A stretch of DNA of 64,000 nt from Azolla caroliniana (lineage: Eukaryota; Plantae; Polypodiophyta), in contig JBHGNT010000006.1 in assembly GCA_043228905.1 (NCBI GenBank), positions 9,362,001 through 9,426,000 of the forward strand, read 5' to 3'. Position numbers and translations under genes: made by a program. The notes under the pieces are model-generated. The model saw only the letters and a program-made list of their open reading frames with translations. It ran no database searches and was not told the origin of the DNA. Positions 1-14,672 of the stretch are shown here, in pieces (position 1 is the first letter of the stretch; the number at the start of each line of letters is the position of its first letter).

Positions 1-2020
1 AATTCCCTTAGGAGAGCTCTTAGGCATGCCAACATCATGGGTATCATGAAGAGAAAGAGAGGCAACCAACAAAGTAAGGCGATGGTAACAAGGCTATGAA
101 TGTGTTGACTAACATTTGACTACATAAGGGTTCCACATCATCAAAGAATTGGCCAACAGTCATTACATCAGGCTACATTGATGTGTGCAATGAATAAGAC
201 TAGTGCAAATCAAGGAAATAGAAGAACCAATAAATATTTGTTGGATTGATCGAGTATGGCTCAAAAATAATTAGGCTCATGTTGTCTAACTTTTATTAGA
301 AGGGGAGACAATCAATGAAAATTGGTCATGCGTGGAATATCTAAGTGGCAATGTGCATGACTAAGGCACTTTAGGGGGTTTGCCCAAAATTAATGGTGTT
401 AATTGGATATGTTTCTATTGACCAACACTTTGTTGTAGAAGTTTCCTCTTTGCATTCAATTATTCTTGGCAAACTCTGCACAGTTGTGGCAAGAATAAAG
501 ACAAGTTGGTGGACAATTAATTGGGGAGATGGAGAGTGTTGAATAGGGTCAAATAGGATTGAGAATAATTCCACTAAACACTAATGCTTGGTACAATACC
601 GAGTTCACAGAAATACAAGATTGTTGTTATGAAGGTGAGACCAATGGCAGTTCCTTTACCAAAGGTTAGTTGGCAAAATCTAAAATAAGTTACGACCGCT
701 CATAGCCTTCATGACCCAAGGGAATCGAGCACATGATCACCAATGAGATGCAAGGAAAGCTTAGAGTTAGCTGACATGGGTTCCTCCTCCCAAAGAAGGA
801 ACATGCTTCAAGACAATGTTGGAAAGGTGCCATAAGGCTTTTGCCTTTTTCCCAACAGATTTACTGAATTGTACAAACTTTCATTAAGTTGACTATTATC
901 TTTATAGTTCCCCTTGTGCCATGGAATCTAAATCCAATTCTAATACCAAAGACCCATGTCGAAAAGTAACTGATCTCTTGGAGGTGTAAAAAAATGCAGA
1001 TCCCTCAAATGCCAGGCCTGATCTTTGAGCAAAATGCACCCAGGCATAAAGTATAAGAGGCCAGATCCAAGTTCAAAACATGTACGGAGTATTGCTCTTC
1101 AGTCTACATATAGAGGTGCATCAAAGTGACAAAGAGGTATTTAAAGCTCGGACCAAGAGTGCAAGCTTAATTCACTTATGATGGAGGGTTGCAAATCAGC
1201 TTCTCTGTAGAGGAAGGTCAACTGGAAATTGTTGAAGACTAGGTGCAAATGAACATTGGGAAAGACAAATATCAACTCTGGTTGGTTGTCTCCTATATCA
1301 ATGCAACATAAGACAAAAATTTGGCTCAAATATTGGCAAAGTTTACGCCGAATCCAAAACCATACAATTACATATCTGAAGATTACTGTCAAATAAGGCA
1401 TCAATCTTTATTAAGTGATAGTTACCTAAACATTGTGATTCCAACTAGGCTGCGGATTCTCAAGGACAAGGTCAAACTCTAGATTTTGTTTCACCATTGG
1501 GTTCATGGATATAAAATATTTCCACCTCTGAGCTGTGTAGTGGTGCTTCAACAATATTAGGACAAGAACGCAACTTTAGGAGCAAAATTTGCATGCATCC
1601 TGTGAAATTTCAACAAGTTAAATTCTCTAATTGCTTGGATATGCTATGGTATTATACGAATCACAGTATAAAACATTAAAAAATATGAAGTTAACAAACA
1701 TTCAAAGATGTCGAATGAGTAAGGCTTAATTAACAAGAAACACAAAATAAAATAAAATAAAATAAAATAACATAAAGACAATTAAAGGCTGACAAGTCTA
1801 ATATGCATGTAATACCTGGAGGAATCATAAAATGAGTTAATGTTTTGATTGAAAACATTAGAGAATTATCAGAACATTTTCCAGAAAAGCATTTCTTTGT
1901 AATCTGAAATGGTACATATCCATGTAATAATTTTTACATGGCTATAAATTGCTCCTTATGCCATGAAGCCCTCTTTCTCATTGACACCAGCAATTTGTTA
2001 GAGGCATTATATGTCCTACA

Positions 2021-5000
2021 TCAAACTTCTAAACCATGTTTTCCAAGGATAAATTGTATAGCTTCTTGAACATCATCCACAACCTATATCAAAATCATAT
2101 AGTTATGTTTATTCTTCCTGTCATTTGCTCATAAATTATCATCATATTCAAATGTAACTCAAGATCAACAAACCATATCTGCCGGATGTCTCTCATCATT
2201 GCCCTTGCTCTTGAAGCACCCAGTCCTAGTGAGAATGCTAAACCATGGTTTTCCAGCCTGGATTAGAAAAAAGTGGTCAAATAAAGTAATGGGAGAGTAT
2301 TTATTAGGACACCACCACAGCAATCAGATCTTGGCCTACTGAGTCAGTCTTATGACAGCAGTTTGGCATCCCTAAAAGGTACATGATTTGTTTTCTTACA
2401 ACATCACTGTGATTGAGAGATTCATCAGGATTTTGCAGATGATCATTTACACAGTACGTTAAGAGTATGAGACAAACCCACCTCAGCGATGACTTTCAGA
2501 GAGTGAATGACGTTGTGTGAGTCATGGAGTTGCACCTTGAGACTCATCCATGGGCCAGTAGAGCTGTTCAACAGATAAAAGAGGACAGAACCTAGACATA
2601 GACAAGTTGCCCCTAACAAGTATAAATAATGTCCTAATGGCCATCATTCAAGCTTCATTCTGTCTGACTATGCTCTACGTACCAAGTGGTAAATGATGAT
2701 GAATGAAATACAGAAGTGTCATAAAACGACACATGGTAGCAAATTGATTTGAAATGCTATAACATTCCTAAAGAAAATAATCCATCATGTTGCAATTTAC
2801 AAAGAATAGTAAGAATCTCATTTTCACCTGCCTAGCCCCAAGAATATCTGTAGCTGGATTGTCCCCAATCATGTATATGCATTCAAATTCAGTTTGTTGG
2901 AAGTTGTTCCTGTTGGCTTTGGGTTCTAGCCCTTTTGCAACCCGTAATAATGCAATTTCTGCATATCGGAAAACAGGTACTTTTGGCTTTCCATATGAGA
3001 AGTAATTCAAGGGCTGCTTAGAAGTCCTGTCACATACAAGTAAATCTAAGCAACAGCAAGTATCCACGACAATGGTTATATATATTTATGAATATGGATC
3101 TCAATGAGAACCCTTAATCCATTCTGTCACAGTTGTATGATTTATTTTGGAAAATACAATAAAAATCTATATATGCCTATTGTAAACAGCTTCAAGTGCT
3201 ACTCGAAAGGCCCCCATGCCAAGTCTCTCCACTGCGAATGCTGCCTGTTTCCAATTGAAGCCATGCAAAATAAAATATAAGAATAGAAGCATCATATGTC
3301 TTATCATTATATTTTCAATAACTTACCTGATATTCAAAATCATCAGCTGCAAAATATATTGGAGGTTGGCTACCACATGTTTTTCCTGGACAACCACCGG
3401 ATCGCAAAACATCACACAACACCTGTATCAAATGTTCACAATAAGGAGCAACCTCCTTTTTAATGGTTCATTGAGGTCCACATTTTAAAACATTAAAACA
3501 TTGATATGATCCGTTCTTGTGAGAGTGTCATTTGAAAGGCCCGGTTCCATAACCTTACATATCGACCACCAAGTGTAATCCAATAGGATAAATGTTTCTA
3601 TGAGCCTATATTCTCATCATTGTCATTTTGTCTTATGTATTATTACATTCATGCTGACTCAGGTGAACAACATGGCTTTCATGCATTGCACATTAACACA
3701 AGTGTGCCAAGTGGCAATCGCACTCACACAGATTACATGCACTCTTATTCAAACACCTATTGAAGGAAAAGGAATTGAAGCATCTACTTATCAAGGAAAA
3801 TACATTCATCCAATGATCAATTGACCAAGCTAGCTCATTGGGAAAGGTTTTTCATCTCTCAAGATCGTCGAAGTCAAGGGTTCAAGCCAGAGTTTGGCAG
3901 AGATAAGCTGTCATCCCTACAATGGAATTTCTTAAATTTGGTAAATAAAATATTGTATTCCCAATAAAACATATTTTATCATACATGGTCTCAACTCTGC
4001 TTCTTTATTCCTAATCCATCTCTATCTCTATCTCTTATCTATCTTGTCTCTCTCCCTAGCTCTCCTCATTCACAACCCCAGTGGTTCCGCCTCAACAATC
4101 ACAAACTATACGACACCGCTAACAATGGATTATTTGAAAACTATGCATAGAATGGTGTAATCATCCCAATCACTAACCTTGAGAGAAAAGTATACTGTGT
4201 ATTATTATGTGCTACCAAAAGTGCTACCAAGTGCTAATTATCCCAATCATTATTAATATTTTTGAGAAATATGCATAAAATGATGCAATCATCTTAATCG
4301 TTAAGATCATAATCACAAAAAAAATGGTACTAAGTATCTATAGGTTAGGGAAAAGAATAGTGTGCATCATTAACAGCTACTAAGTGCTAATCATCCAGTA
4401 GAGTGCATAGACAATTTTTTCTTTCTCCCAAAGCATGAAAAATTGTTTGTGTCCAAATATATACAAAGGAATGTTATCTTATGAGGGGAGCCTTGTGAAT
4501 ATTCTCTCACACACCACTTAAGAATAGGATCACTTCAACCACCCGCCAAATAGAATTACCAAAATTATGCACAAGTCCTAGAGTTCTTTTTCCAAACATT
4601 GAGCTAAAGTGGACCAATAAAATAGATTTTATGCCATTGCAGCAACTAAGATCTGTCCCATAAGAGTACAGACATAACTCAAATGATCTAAACAATGTAA
4701 ATGCATGAATTAAAAATCTAAATGTTGTCAATTTTTAATATTTATACAGCCTCACATTATATGAAAAATAAAAATGTTGCAATTATAAAAGCTGATTCAA
4801 AACAAACCTGGATATCCCTTCCCCAATCAACCGGATCACTAGCAATAAATACTGCTTCAACTGGTTTTGGATTAGATGCTTTTTCTTCGATATGCACCAT
4901 GTTTTCTGCACTCAACGTTGACCAATGCTTAAATTTGGCAAGCGGGTCGATATCTTTGAAATGCAGAACATACTCTTCCATAGAGACAACATTCCTGAGG

Positions 5001-8000
5001 CAAGACGTTGCTCAACCAATCATCATGCAAACCATGTGTCTGATACAAGTTGAATGCATATATAAGTCACCATAAATAATTGTTGTACGAATGATACAAA
5101 TACCAAAAATACACATATTAGGGGCATGAACACACATAATTCAGAAAGATACCAGACATGAGAAGACAAATGCAGATGTTTGCATACTATTGTTCCTCAA
5201 ATATAATGGAGCATACAATCACTTGACGCATGAATGAGTAATTTCTCACCGGTAGCCATATTCTGTCATTACAGCTTTTGGTTCTCCTTTTCCAACTGCC
5301 AAAACATAAGAGTCAGCAAACCTGTCAACAGACAATTTATGTGAGATTTTTCCATTCACAAGATACAAAGGGACGATTTGTTCCTCTTATATAACATATT
5401 GCCACATATACCGTTGAAGCAAACTTTTGAAAGATGTATGCCCCAAATATAGCTGTAAAAAACAGAAGCAAAGCAATTAGTCACTCAACAATGATTTATA
5501 TACAATGCAGTTCAAGTTTATTGAAGAGGAAAGGTTGCTATAAAACTACATTCGGACCTCCTCCATTATCAATCCACATTTAAGTTTATCATTACATTAA
5601 TCAAGTACATAACCTCCTCTAGGGGGAGATACCATTGATTTTTTGCATATGGCCTTGATCCAGTCCGCAAAATAATGGAACATGAAAGACCAGTGATTCA
5701 TGGGACTTCTTGCTAGAATAGTAAGAGATGTAGAGAGAAAGAGGTTGTATTAATATCTAGAAAGATCTGACAACATAACTTGCAAACAATGAAAAATGTC
5801 TGACGAAAACTAAATGGCTTGAAATGTAATCATGAATAACCAGCAATCAGATTTGGTGTCACATATACCATTGGGGCAGAAATGGTTGCCATCTGAAAAT
5901 AGGTCGCTCATTTAGTTCATAGGTCATTTTGGGCACTTAAAAGATGTTACTATGACTTCTGTCTTCCTTCTAGTGGAGTTATTAGAGTTCTAATTACCCT
6001 AGCGCAAGGATCTCTGGGTTACTTCTAATTGGAATTTATAACTTGCTTCGCATCTGGGTCCAACTTCTGCCTTTTGGAGATCATTTTTGTAAAGTATTTT
6101 CTTGTCCAATGTTAACTGCTTTATACTGATGGATTAATCCTTTGTTTTTAACTAACAGATAGTAGCGTTTGATTGCATAGTCAACTCCCCAAGTTCAATC
6201 ATTCACTTTTCTTTTGCTTCCACTTATTCTAATGTTCAGATTTTGTTTGGATGCTGCAGTATGTGACCTTGTATCCTAAGAGTCGATCAAAATCATCTTG
6301 TGATAGTTACTATCCATTAATATAGCATAATTTATTACAGCCAGAGAATTCATGTTTCTAAATAAATTGGCAAGATACATGGGTTATCCATTACATGGAG
6401 TGTTACAGAGAAACTGAAAGTTGGGTGGATCTTGCAAATAGAATTGCAGCATGGCCATTGCATTTAAGGTTGAATTTTGTGAAATGAATCTTCATATATT
6501 ACATGCAATTTTATTTACCTTTACCAATTGGCTAAATTAACTGTTAAACTATACAGTGAATGCATAGATTGACATATTCGCATTCGCGGGGGTTACCAAA
6601 CGAATGCCTGAAAAAATATTCGTTCAAAAAAATAAAAATAAAAAAGAGTTCATAAAATCCCTACTTTTTAGTTTCTTAGATATATCATATAAGTTATAAC
6701 AAAGAAGACATTAAAAAGGAGATATTTTACTTCACAATAAAAAGGAGACTTAAGACTAATAATATTTTTATAATAGATGTAAAACATAGAAGTATTTGTT
6801 TTATTTATAAAATAAAATAAACAATAAATAATAAATAAAAGGTTCATTAATTCCCCACTTTTTACTCTCCCACAAAATTTGATATTTTTATTTGTCATTA
6901 AGAAGGGGACCTCACACTAATAATATTTTTATAAAACTTAAAAGTATTTGTTTTATTTTTTAATAAAACAATAAATAAATAATAAGTAGATAAATAAAAG
7001 GTTCATTGATTCCCCACTTTTTACTCTCCCACAAATTTTGATATTTTTATCTGACATTAAAAAGAGGACCTCACACTAATAATATTTTTATAATAGATGT
7101 AAAACTTAAAAGTATTTGTTTTATCTCTAATAAATAAATAAATAAAAGGTTCATTAATCCCCCACTTTTTACTCTCCCATATCCCTTCTTAGGAAGGAGA
7201 CACATATCAAGAACACATGTATACTTTGGTCCCATAGGTCAAAATTGGCCTCTTTATGGACGATAAAAATTCTAATTCTAATTCTGACAAAATTTGATAT
7301 TTTTATCTGACATTAAAAAGGGGAGTAATAATATTTTTATAATAGATGTGAAAATATTTGTTTTTTCTGAATAATAAATAAATAAACGAATGGTTCTGTA
7401 ATATTTTTGGGGTCATTGTGTATTCTCGAATATTACCGATGGCGAATACCACAAATATCACGAATGGGTCAATGTATGCATGTATGTAAGTTCTAGAACA
7501 GTTCTGGAGATCAAAACTTTCTAGTAAAAGTCTGGAATTATCAAAGAACAACTATTTACACCACATAAGTCTCAACAAGTTTGTAATAAATAGCTCAAAA
7601 ATGTTTTCAGAATAAAAATACCATAACAAGCATAACTTAAATGAAATTGAAATATAAAATGAATTACAATCTTAGACCTGTTCAGGTAAAATTGGTACAT
7701 CTAGCAAGCCACTAAGTTCTGATGCTTTCATGAATTCTCGAGATCCTCCACCTAAAATGACATGAAAAAGATGTAATATTAAGACAGATACCATGCAACA
7801 ACACAATTAAAAATTTTAATAATGAGGAAAGGAAAATTCACCATTTGTTAAAAATATAAAAGGAATTTGTGCCTGACCTGTAGATCAAGAATCCAAATGC
7901 AATATTAGATACTTTTGGCACTAAAATAAGTAATAATTCAATCCGAAAAGAAAAATTTTAATCAAACTTCTGTATAGTTACAATAAATTTTGATCTTCAA

Positions 8001-11000
8001 CAAAAATTTATGGCTGAAGTACTTGGCAAGTTCTAAGATTAACAATATAAATTACATTATTTATGTAGGTTTGACCAGACAATGTGTTCCAAGTGTGACA
8101 GAAAATGGCTCAAATTGTAAGACCATGGAGAAATGAAGGGAGCCAGTTTCCTAAGATCGTAGAACTTCATGTGCAACTCATTGCCTTGACTTTTTTATGA
8201 AGACAAAGGAAATTTGTCATGGGTGAGATTGCAAGACACTATGGAGATTGTGAATTCTTTCACAAACATGGGGTCCATGCGATTGTTGACCAGATTTCAC
8301 AAACTATGGTTGTCAAAGGCTCTATGATGTGTAATCTACTCTTCATTGCACACTGGTATCAACACTCTGGAATGATATGCACAAAGAAGCTCTAGCTATA
8401 CAAAGAAAATGTTCCAATGAGTATCTTTGGGTTTGAGCTCATGCTCTAGCCATCTTAACGGCTCCAATTTATCTCACTCTTCATATGCTGAACATTGACG
8501 GAGCTACTCTAGGTCTCCTTGTGTATTTCATGAGAGCGACGAGAGTTGAGTTACAAGCATGTGAGGAACTTGAGGCTCAAAAAATAGAGAATTTTAAATA
8601 TTTCTCACAAAAGGTATTATTGGACGAAGCGGCACGTTCATGGGCTTTCCACTTTACTTCATCCATCATAAAGATTCCTCTATCCATCCCCATTTTCAAA
8701 GAATGTCATTCAGAACTCTAACTCAAGATTGCTCATCAAAAGCATGTGAAAGAAATCAGAGTGGATTTTCTTGTATTCACACAAAGATCTTCAATAGATT
8801 GCAAGTTTACTTCAACCATTTTAAATATCCCTTTCACATTCTCAAAGAGTGGCATTCAGGATTCTAACTCAAGATTGCTCATCAGAATCATGTGAAAGAA
8901 ACTTGCAGTTTTCTGTTATTCCTACAAATATCATTTTCTGTTATTCCTACAGAGATCATTTTCTGTTATTCCTACAAAGATCATTTTCTGTTATTTCAGT
9001 ATTAAGCAATTGGAGCAATTTGTGTATCATCACTCCAATACACTTATTGTTGAATGCATTTTGACTAAAATCAAGAAAGATTGATGTAGTTGCCTTCATA
9101 TTCTTTTATCTTTTACTTTCTAATGACTCCTCATTTGATGATTCTCCCCTTTGAGATTCCTCATTGTAAAGAATAACAACATCAAACAATATAGACATAT
9201 ATGGCCATTATCAAGTTCCATTGTTTTTATATTTAGATTTGAGCTGTTTATCTGCAAAAGAACTTCCCTAGAGAGAGAATATATGGCAATGACCAGGTTC
9301 CACAGTTTTTGTATTTAGATTTGAGTTGTTTATCTGCAAAAGATCTTCCCTGGAGACAGAGTCATGTGATGAAATAATTTTAGAGATTGCAAAACTAATA
9401 TTTATGGGTTAAGAAATGGTGAGGGGTGAGGGGCACCGAGGTCGGTTGGTGTGATGGAGAGAGGCTATGATGAATAGAATAGGTATTTTATTATCCATTA
9501 TGAGGCCAATTTTGATCTATGGGACCAAATCAACATATATTGTATGCGAATCCTTCCTAAGAGGGGGGGATTACTTTGTAGTAAAAACACTTGATGTGAA
9601 AATAATGCACGCACATATGCGTTCACCTTCTTGGTGGACATTTGAGTATGACATTCATATTATCATGCCCATCTAACAAGACATCATATTTCTCACAAAT
9701 TACCTTATATGCTGAGGATGTAATAACTAAGTGATATTCATCCTCTACTAGATTTTCATTGCATACCCTGCATATTTTCATATTTGGGTGATGATTCCAT
9801 GATCCTACCTCAAAACCCAACTTGAGTGAGCAAGTTTGAAGAAGTGTTAAGGTTCTCCAAGAGCCAAAGCTCATGGCGGTAGTAAGATACGATTGGATAT
9901 ATTTTGGTATTTTTACATTGTATTGGGGCCAGCACTGGAGGTAATTTGCAATGTAATGTTCCAATTTTGACATTCTTGCATCTTGCCACTTCATCCTTAG
10001 TGCCTCTAGTAATCTATTCTCAATGATCACATATTTCATAGCATCACTTGAGAGCTGTAATAGATCTCACGGCGTTGCTAGGGGGTGATCGGGTGGTTTA
10101 ACACTCCTCTTTCCTTTCTTTGGTCTATAATTAGTTAGACTCTAACATATGATCAGCCATATTCTTGACTATGGTGATATATTTGTCTACTTGGGTTACT
10201 TGGGTTACTTGGGTATGTGTGTGTGAGAGAGAGAGAGGTAATTGCTTTACTTGGATTACCTTCCTGCTATGTTAGAATAATAAATCAAATGGTTGAAAAA
10301 TATGAACTTCAAATACAGAGACGTAATATCTTACTTTAGCTTTCTTTGTCTAGAATAAACTATCCATTGCAAAAGTTGTCTATCTTTGGAAGTGAATAAA
10401 TAGATCATTTCTGTCCCTTATAGATAAAACAATAGTTTGTATAAAGACTGGATAGCTTATTAAGGCAACCTTTTCCATTAAAAAACTACCCGATCCCATT
10501 TAGATTTAAACCAACTCTCTATAAAAGTGCATAAATAGATCGCTTTGTGCAAATAGAACTTCAAATGTAGGAAACCAAATAGCTTACTAAGACTATATTT
10601 TCCTTGAAAATTTATCTTTATTTGCACAGGAGGAACTTCTATATAGCAGAGAGAATAGTTTTCATTGGAAATTATGCATTTGGTTTTAGATTTGAAATAT
10701 ATTTTTGCAATAGAGCTTGAAAATAAAAGCATAGGATAACTTACTAGGATTATCTTTTCGTTTAAATAATTTGCGAAGTGCTTCCTGAGCTCCATGGATT
10801 GGCTGGCCACCACGCATGAGCACTCCATCAATGTCAAAGGCTATGGCAACAGGATACCTGTGTATGTGTATACATGGGGAAAAAAGATACAAGAATGTAT
10901 AAGGTGTATAGAAAGAAAAAGAAAAACATATGAAACAGAAGAGAGAGAGAGAGAGAGAAGAAGAAGAAGAAACATATACAAACAAAGGAATGAGGAAGAG

Positions 11001-11637
11001 AAAGAGGTGATGACGATGATGATGATGTAGTATAGCATCCACCGGGGGCAGCAAGCCATATGAGACCAATCAATCATTTACGAAGCATTGCAGCTGGACA
11101 GACTTTAAGAACATTCGAAGAACAAGGTTAAAGCATGAAGATACAACTAAGATTGTCGCCAAATATCAGCATTTTAGATCTTCCACGAGTCATTAGTTCA
11201 GTGGTAGAGTAGAGGAGTAAAGAGCTAGAAATTCTCGGCAATGTTCCAAAATCACATCTTTTAGAAGTTCTGGAGAATCTAATGATAACAACCTTGTCAG
11301 AATCCAGGAAACGATATACCTACCTACGTATGGCATTTCCAAAGTTCGCAGTTCTAGAGAAGCTAGAAACATCCACATAGTAGGAATTCCTGAGACCATG
11401 TCTACACCCCATGACCTCACATGAGAGGCATTGCCAAGTGGCGCAATATTTTTCTCTGTTTCAAAGTACAGGGATATATAGATTATGGACAGAAGAAGAA
11501 GAAGAAAATAAATACCTTTTGGGTAGGGGTTGAGAAGAGAGAGAACGTGAAGAGTGTGGAAGAAACGATGGCGATGGCGATGGCGATGGCACAGTAGGTC
11601 TTCTGATACGCCTCAACCTCGCCACAGAAGAAGCCAT
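2021..11637 (-). CDS. HAD-superfamily subfamily IIA hydrolase, CECR5/HDHD5/YKR070W-like; 12 exons, 384 aa, probable N-terminal organelle (mitochondrial) transit peptide
   Basis: Exons: 11516-11637, 10745-10857, 7842-7877, 7678-7751, 5412-5452, 5250-5321, 4808-4994, 3327-3422, 3177-3244, 2828-3026, 2174-2257, 2021-2083. Total 1155 nt, phases consistent, ends TGA. Motifs: AFDIDGVL (HAD motif I), IPFIFLTNGGG, VFIASDPVDWGRDIQVLCDVL, RLGMGAFRVALE, YGKP, YMIGDNPATDILGA, SILTRTG. All introns are GT-AG except intron 9 (GC-AG). N-terminus MASSVARLRRIRR is R/S-rich with no acidic residues. Confidence 0.93.
6563..7478. mobile_element. Non-autonomous TIR element (hAT-like MITE) in intron 4, with internal AT-rich tandem repeats of about 150-180 bp
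   Basis: Ends CATAGATTGACATATTCG and CGAATGGGTCAATGTATG are imperfect inverted repeats. The internal unit AAAAGGTTCATTAATTCCCCACTTTTTACTCTCCC occurs three times (about 6838, 6997, 7145). The same termini recur at 32254-33049. Confidence 0.7.
8640..9000 (+). repeat. Local tandem duplications in intron 2
   Basis: CTCAAGATTGCTCATCA..CATGTGAAAGAAA occurs twice; TTTTCTGTTATTCCTACA-type unit occurs about four times. Confidence 0.6.
9623..10039 (-). mobile_element. Degraded LINE 3' ORF fragment in intron 2
   Basis: ICRVCNENLVEDEYHLVI..AYKVICEKY resembles the C-terminal CCHC zinc knuckle of LINE ORF2. Confidence 0.6.
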
Positions 11638-14600
11638 GGCCAAAGGCCAAATCTCGCTTCCTCGCTGACTGTGTGTATATATGTAGTTTAGTCGGTCTGT
11701 GACTGTGTGTATACATATTTGTGACCGAAGAAAGGGACCTATACATATGTATGTACATACATGTGTATTTGTAGACGTATGTACGTACATACATACGTAT
11801 GTATATAATTTATAATGTACATGTATGGGTTTTATGCGTCCCAAAGACGCCATCACATTAGAGACCAAATGCAAAAGCTATATACGGTATGTGTCTCGAG
11901 GATATGACACATGGGACTAGGTACCATGGATTACGATTGCCAGATATGATAATATACCGTAGATGGGAATGTACGTACATATATGGAACTTGTCATCCTT
12001 TGGATCGTCATTTAGAAAATTCATATCAATGGTTTAATTGTATTGCAAGGATTACCCTAGATGAGGTCGAGAAGATGGGTTTAACTACAACCCCATGGAG
12101 CTAAGTGTGTGACAGTGGAAGAGGTAGGGAGAGATGAGAGAAACGAGAGAATAATAATAGCAAAGTGATGAATTAAGAGCCCTTTCGTTGGTGTTGATAT
12201 ACCTAAGATCAATTGCAAGGGAGTTTGTACTTGAACATGAACTAGTTATATTCGCAAGGGGATCTACAGTTTCTTGTGATGAGTCATACAAGCCCCTTAT
12301 GATATGATTCCTTAACCCATTGAATGGTCACTATGTCTTTATCAATGTCTTCATTCACTATCCCATGGTCATCGACCCATTCTTCTTACTTCTTTTAATT
12401 GGCCATCTTACCAAATTAGGGACATGTGAGGGGCTTAGAAATTGATTTTGCCAATCAATTTGTTTTGCGTGAAACATCGGGTTCTTGTTCCTTTTGTTGT
12501 GGTTTTGAGGGTTTATCAAGAGCTACATTAGTCCAATTTGGGATATGACGTGGTGTAGGTGGGTTTTTATGCTTAGTTCTCATACCTCACATAAATATTT
12601 TCATTGCACTAATCCCAACCTAAGGTGCAGCTATTTGAGAACACCTATGGGGTCATGACTCTTTTCTTGATTGTGGTCTTCCCTACCAAGTTTGGAACTT
12701 TCCAATAAAGGAATCCAAACTAGGGTCTTTTACACCATTAGACTCTGTCAACCATTTGATGTAGTCTTAGAGGTCACAGTATCCCCATTTTACCCAAGTT
12801 TCAAAAGATAAATTTGTCATGTTGGCCCTTATCTCTAACAATGCCATCGACGCATGTTTGTTTAGTTTCCATAGAAGATATAATAGTCTACCATTCATTG
12901 AGTACACTCTTGGTCAAAAGTTGGGTACAAACCTTTCATGTTTTCCTAACTCATTATTATACCTCCCATAGGTAGGGTGGTGACAGTAATTGTGGTAAGT
13001 ACATGTATCTCGGTCATTGGGGTTAATGAGCTCTTCATAGAGTGTGTATGCCTATGTGCTTGTGTTTTAATTGTACTTTCAGACTATATATCATATTATA
13101 TATATAACATTATTGTAACTTACCATATATAACCTATAATATACATAATATTATAAAATGTTGTCAATTTGCACAAGGTAATGCATGATTAACCAATGAC
13201 ATGCTTCCATGAACTTCAAGCGGCGGTCATCCATAGTTGCAAGAATGGCAGACATGCATGTCTTCAAACCATGCTACGCAAGCATGTGTTTTAGTATTGA
13301 TAAACCATTATGGCTCAACACCAATCTTCAACATATTACTGTATATCTTGTTCTTATTATTAATACATTTTCATTCTCCTCATATTTCCCTCTTCTTATT
13401 CTATTTTCTATTCTATCTTGTTCTGGGCTATAGTGTGATATTCTTCTATTATTTCCCTCTTCTTATTCTCTTCTTCAATTTGATCTTATTCTCGATTATA
13501 GCCCTGGCAACAATAACAACTGTCTCAAATTCTTCAATCATTGACTACTTCTCCATAAAAGGGTTGCCCTCTTACTCATGAACTTTCTAAGTGTAGATTT
13601 GAATTTTGTAGGTTCAATCTCATTGCATATAGAGGGCATCATTGTTTAGGTCCATCACAAGATAGATGACTTTTAGGAACAACCTTCCTAATTGAGAATC
13701 ATACCCTACATTGTTCAATGGCAATGCAACTAAGAAGGAGCGTCTATTATCTACTATGTGAGTCTTAAACTTAAGATCTTAGAACATTCTTTTTGGTATT
13801 TCAGCAATACCCATTAATCATCCTCAATTTGATATTCAAAGGCGACATCTTTGGGCTTCCTCACTTTTGCCAACATGCATAACTATTGATTATTACTCTC
13901 AGTCTATGTCTAATATTGCAAGCGTTGTTATCTCATTTGTTATGAATTGAATATACTCAACCATGAGTAATATGGCTTCCAAGGAATAAATCTAGCCAAT
14001 TATGTTAGTTTGTCAACAACAACCCGAATTGCATCATGACCCCTCTATGTACCACGTAAACTAACAATAAAATCCATCGAGATACTTTCCCATTTGTTGT
14101 TGGGAATATCTAAGGGATGCGAATGACCAACAAATTTTAGTTGTTTTGACTTATTAATCCGACACTTGAAGCATTGAGTCATGTATTTATGCATGTCAAA
14201 GTGTATCTTAGGCTAGAAAAAGGTACCCGAGATGAGAATGAGTGTTTGTTGTATTCCAGGATGACCAACAAATGGTGCATCATGACATTCATGAAGAATT
14301 TTCTATTTCACTTTTGGTAAATCTAGAACATAGACCTTTCCACTGTGGTAGAGCAAACCATTTGTAATGTGGAAGGTCACTGTTGAGGGTAGGGTGATAG
14401 TAACGACATCTAAACTAGATTCGGCTTTCGTCCAATATTTTGAGAAATAACTATCATCAAGGTATTTCCCTCTAAAGTGATCTAAAAGATTAGATTTTAT
14501 TTCCATGAAGTTAAGCATGTTAACTTCTTTAATGTAACTAAGAGCATCCGCAATGGTGTTCATAGAACCCTTGCGATAAAGTATGGAAAAATCAAAATAT

Positions 14601-14672
14601 TGCATACGATCAACTTAACAACCTTTATGACCAACAAGATCTTGTTGGTCCCAAAAATACTTCAATGAGTTT

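Noticed and set aside
1-1420. Possible gene downstream of the HAD gene
   Set aside because: No coherent ORF or splice pattern; looks like decayed retroelement DNA (PBS-like sequence at about 938-948) but is too degraded to call.
10686-11077. Alternative first exon or longer ORF for the HAD gene
   Set aside because: Simple-repeat intronic sequence; a clean acceptor at 10858-10859 and the upstream exon 1 explain the structure.
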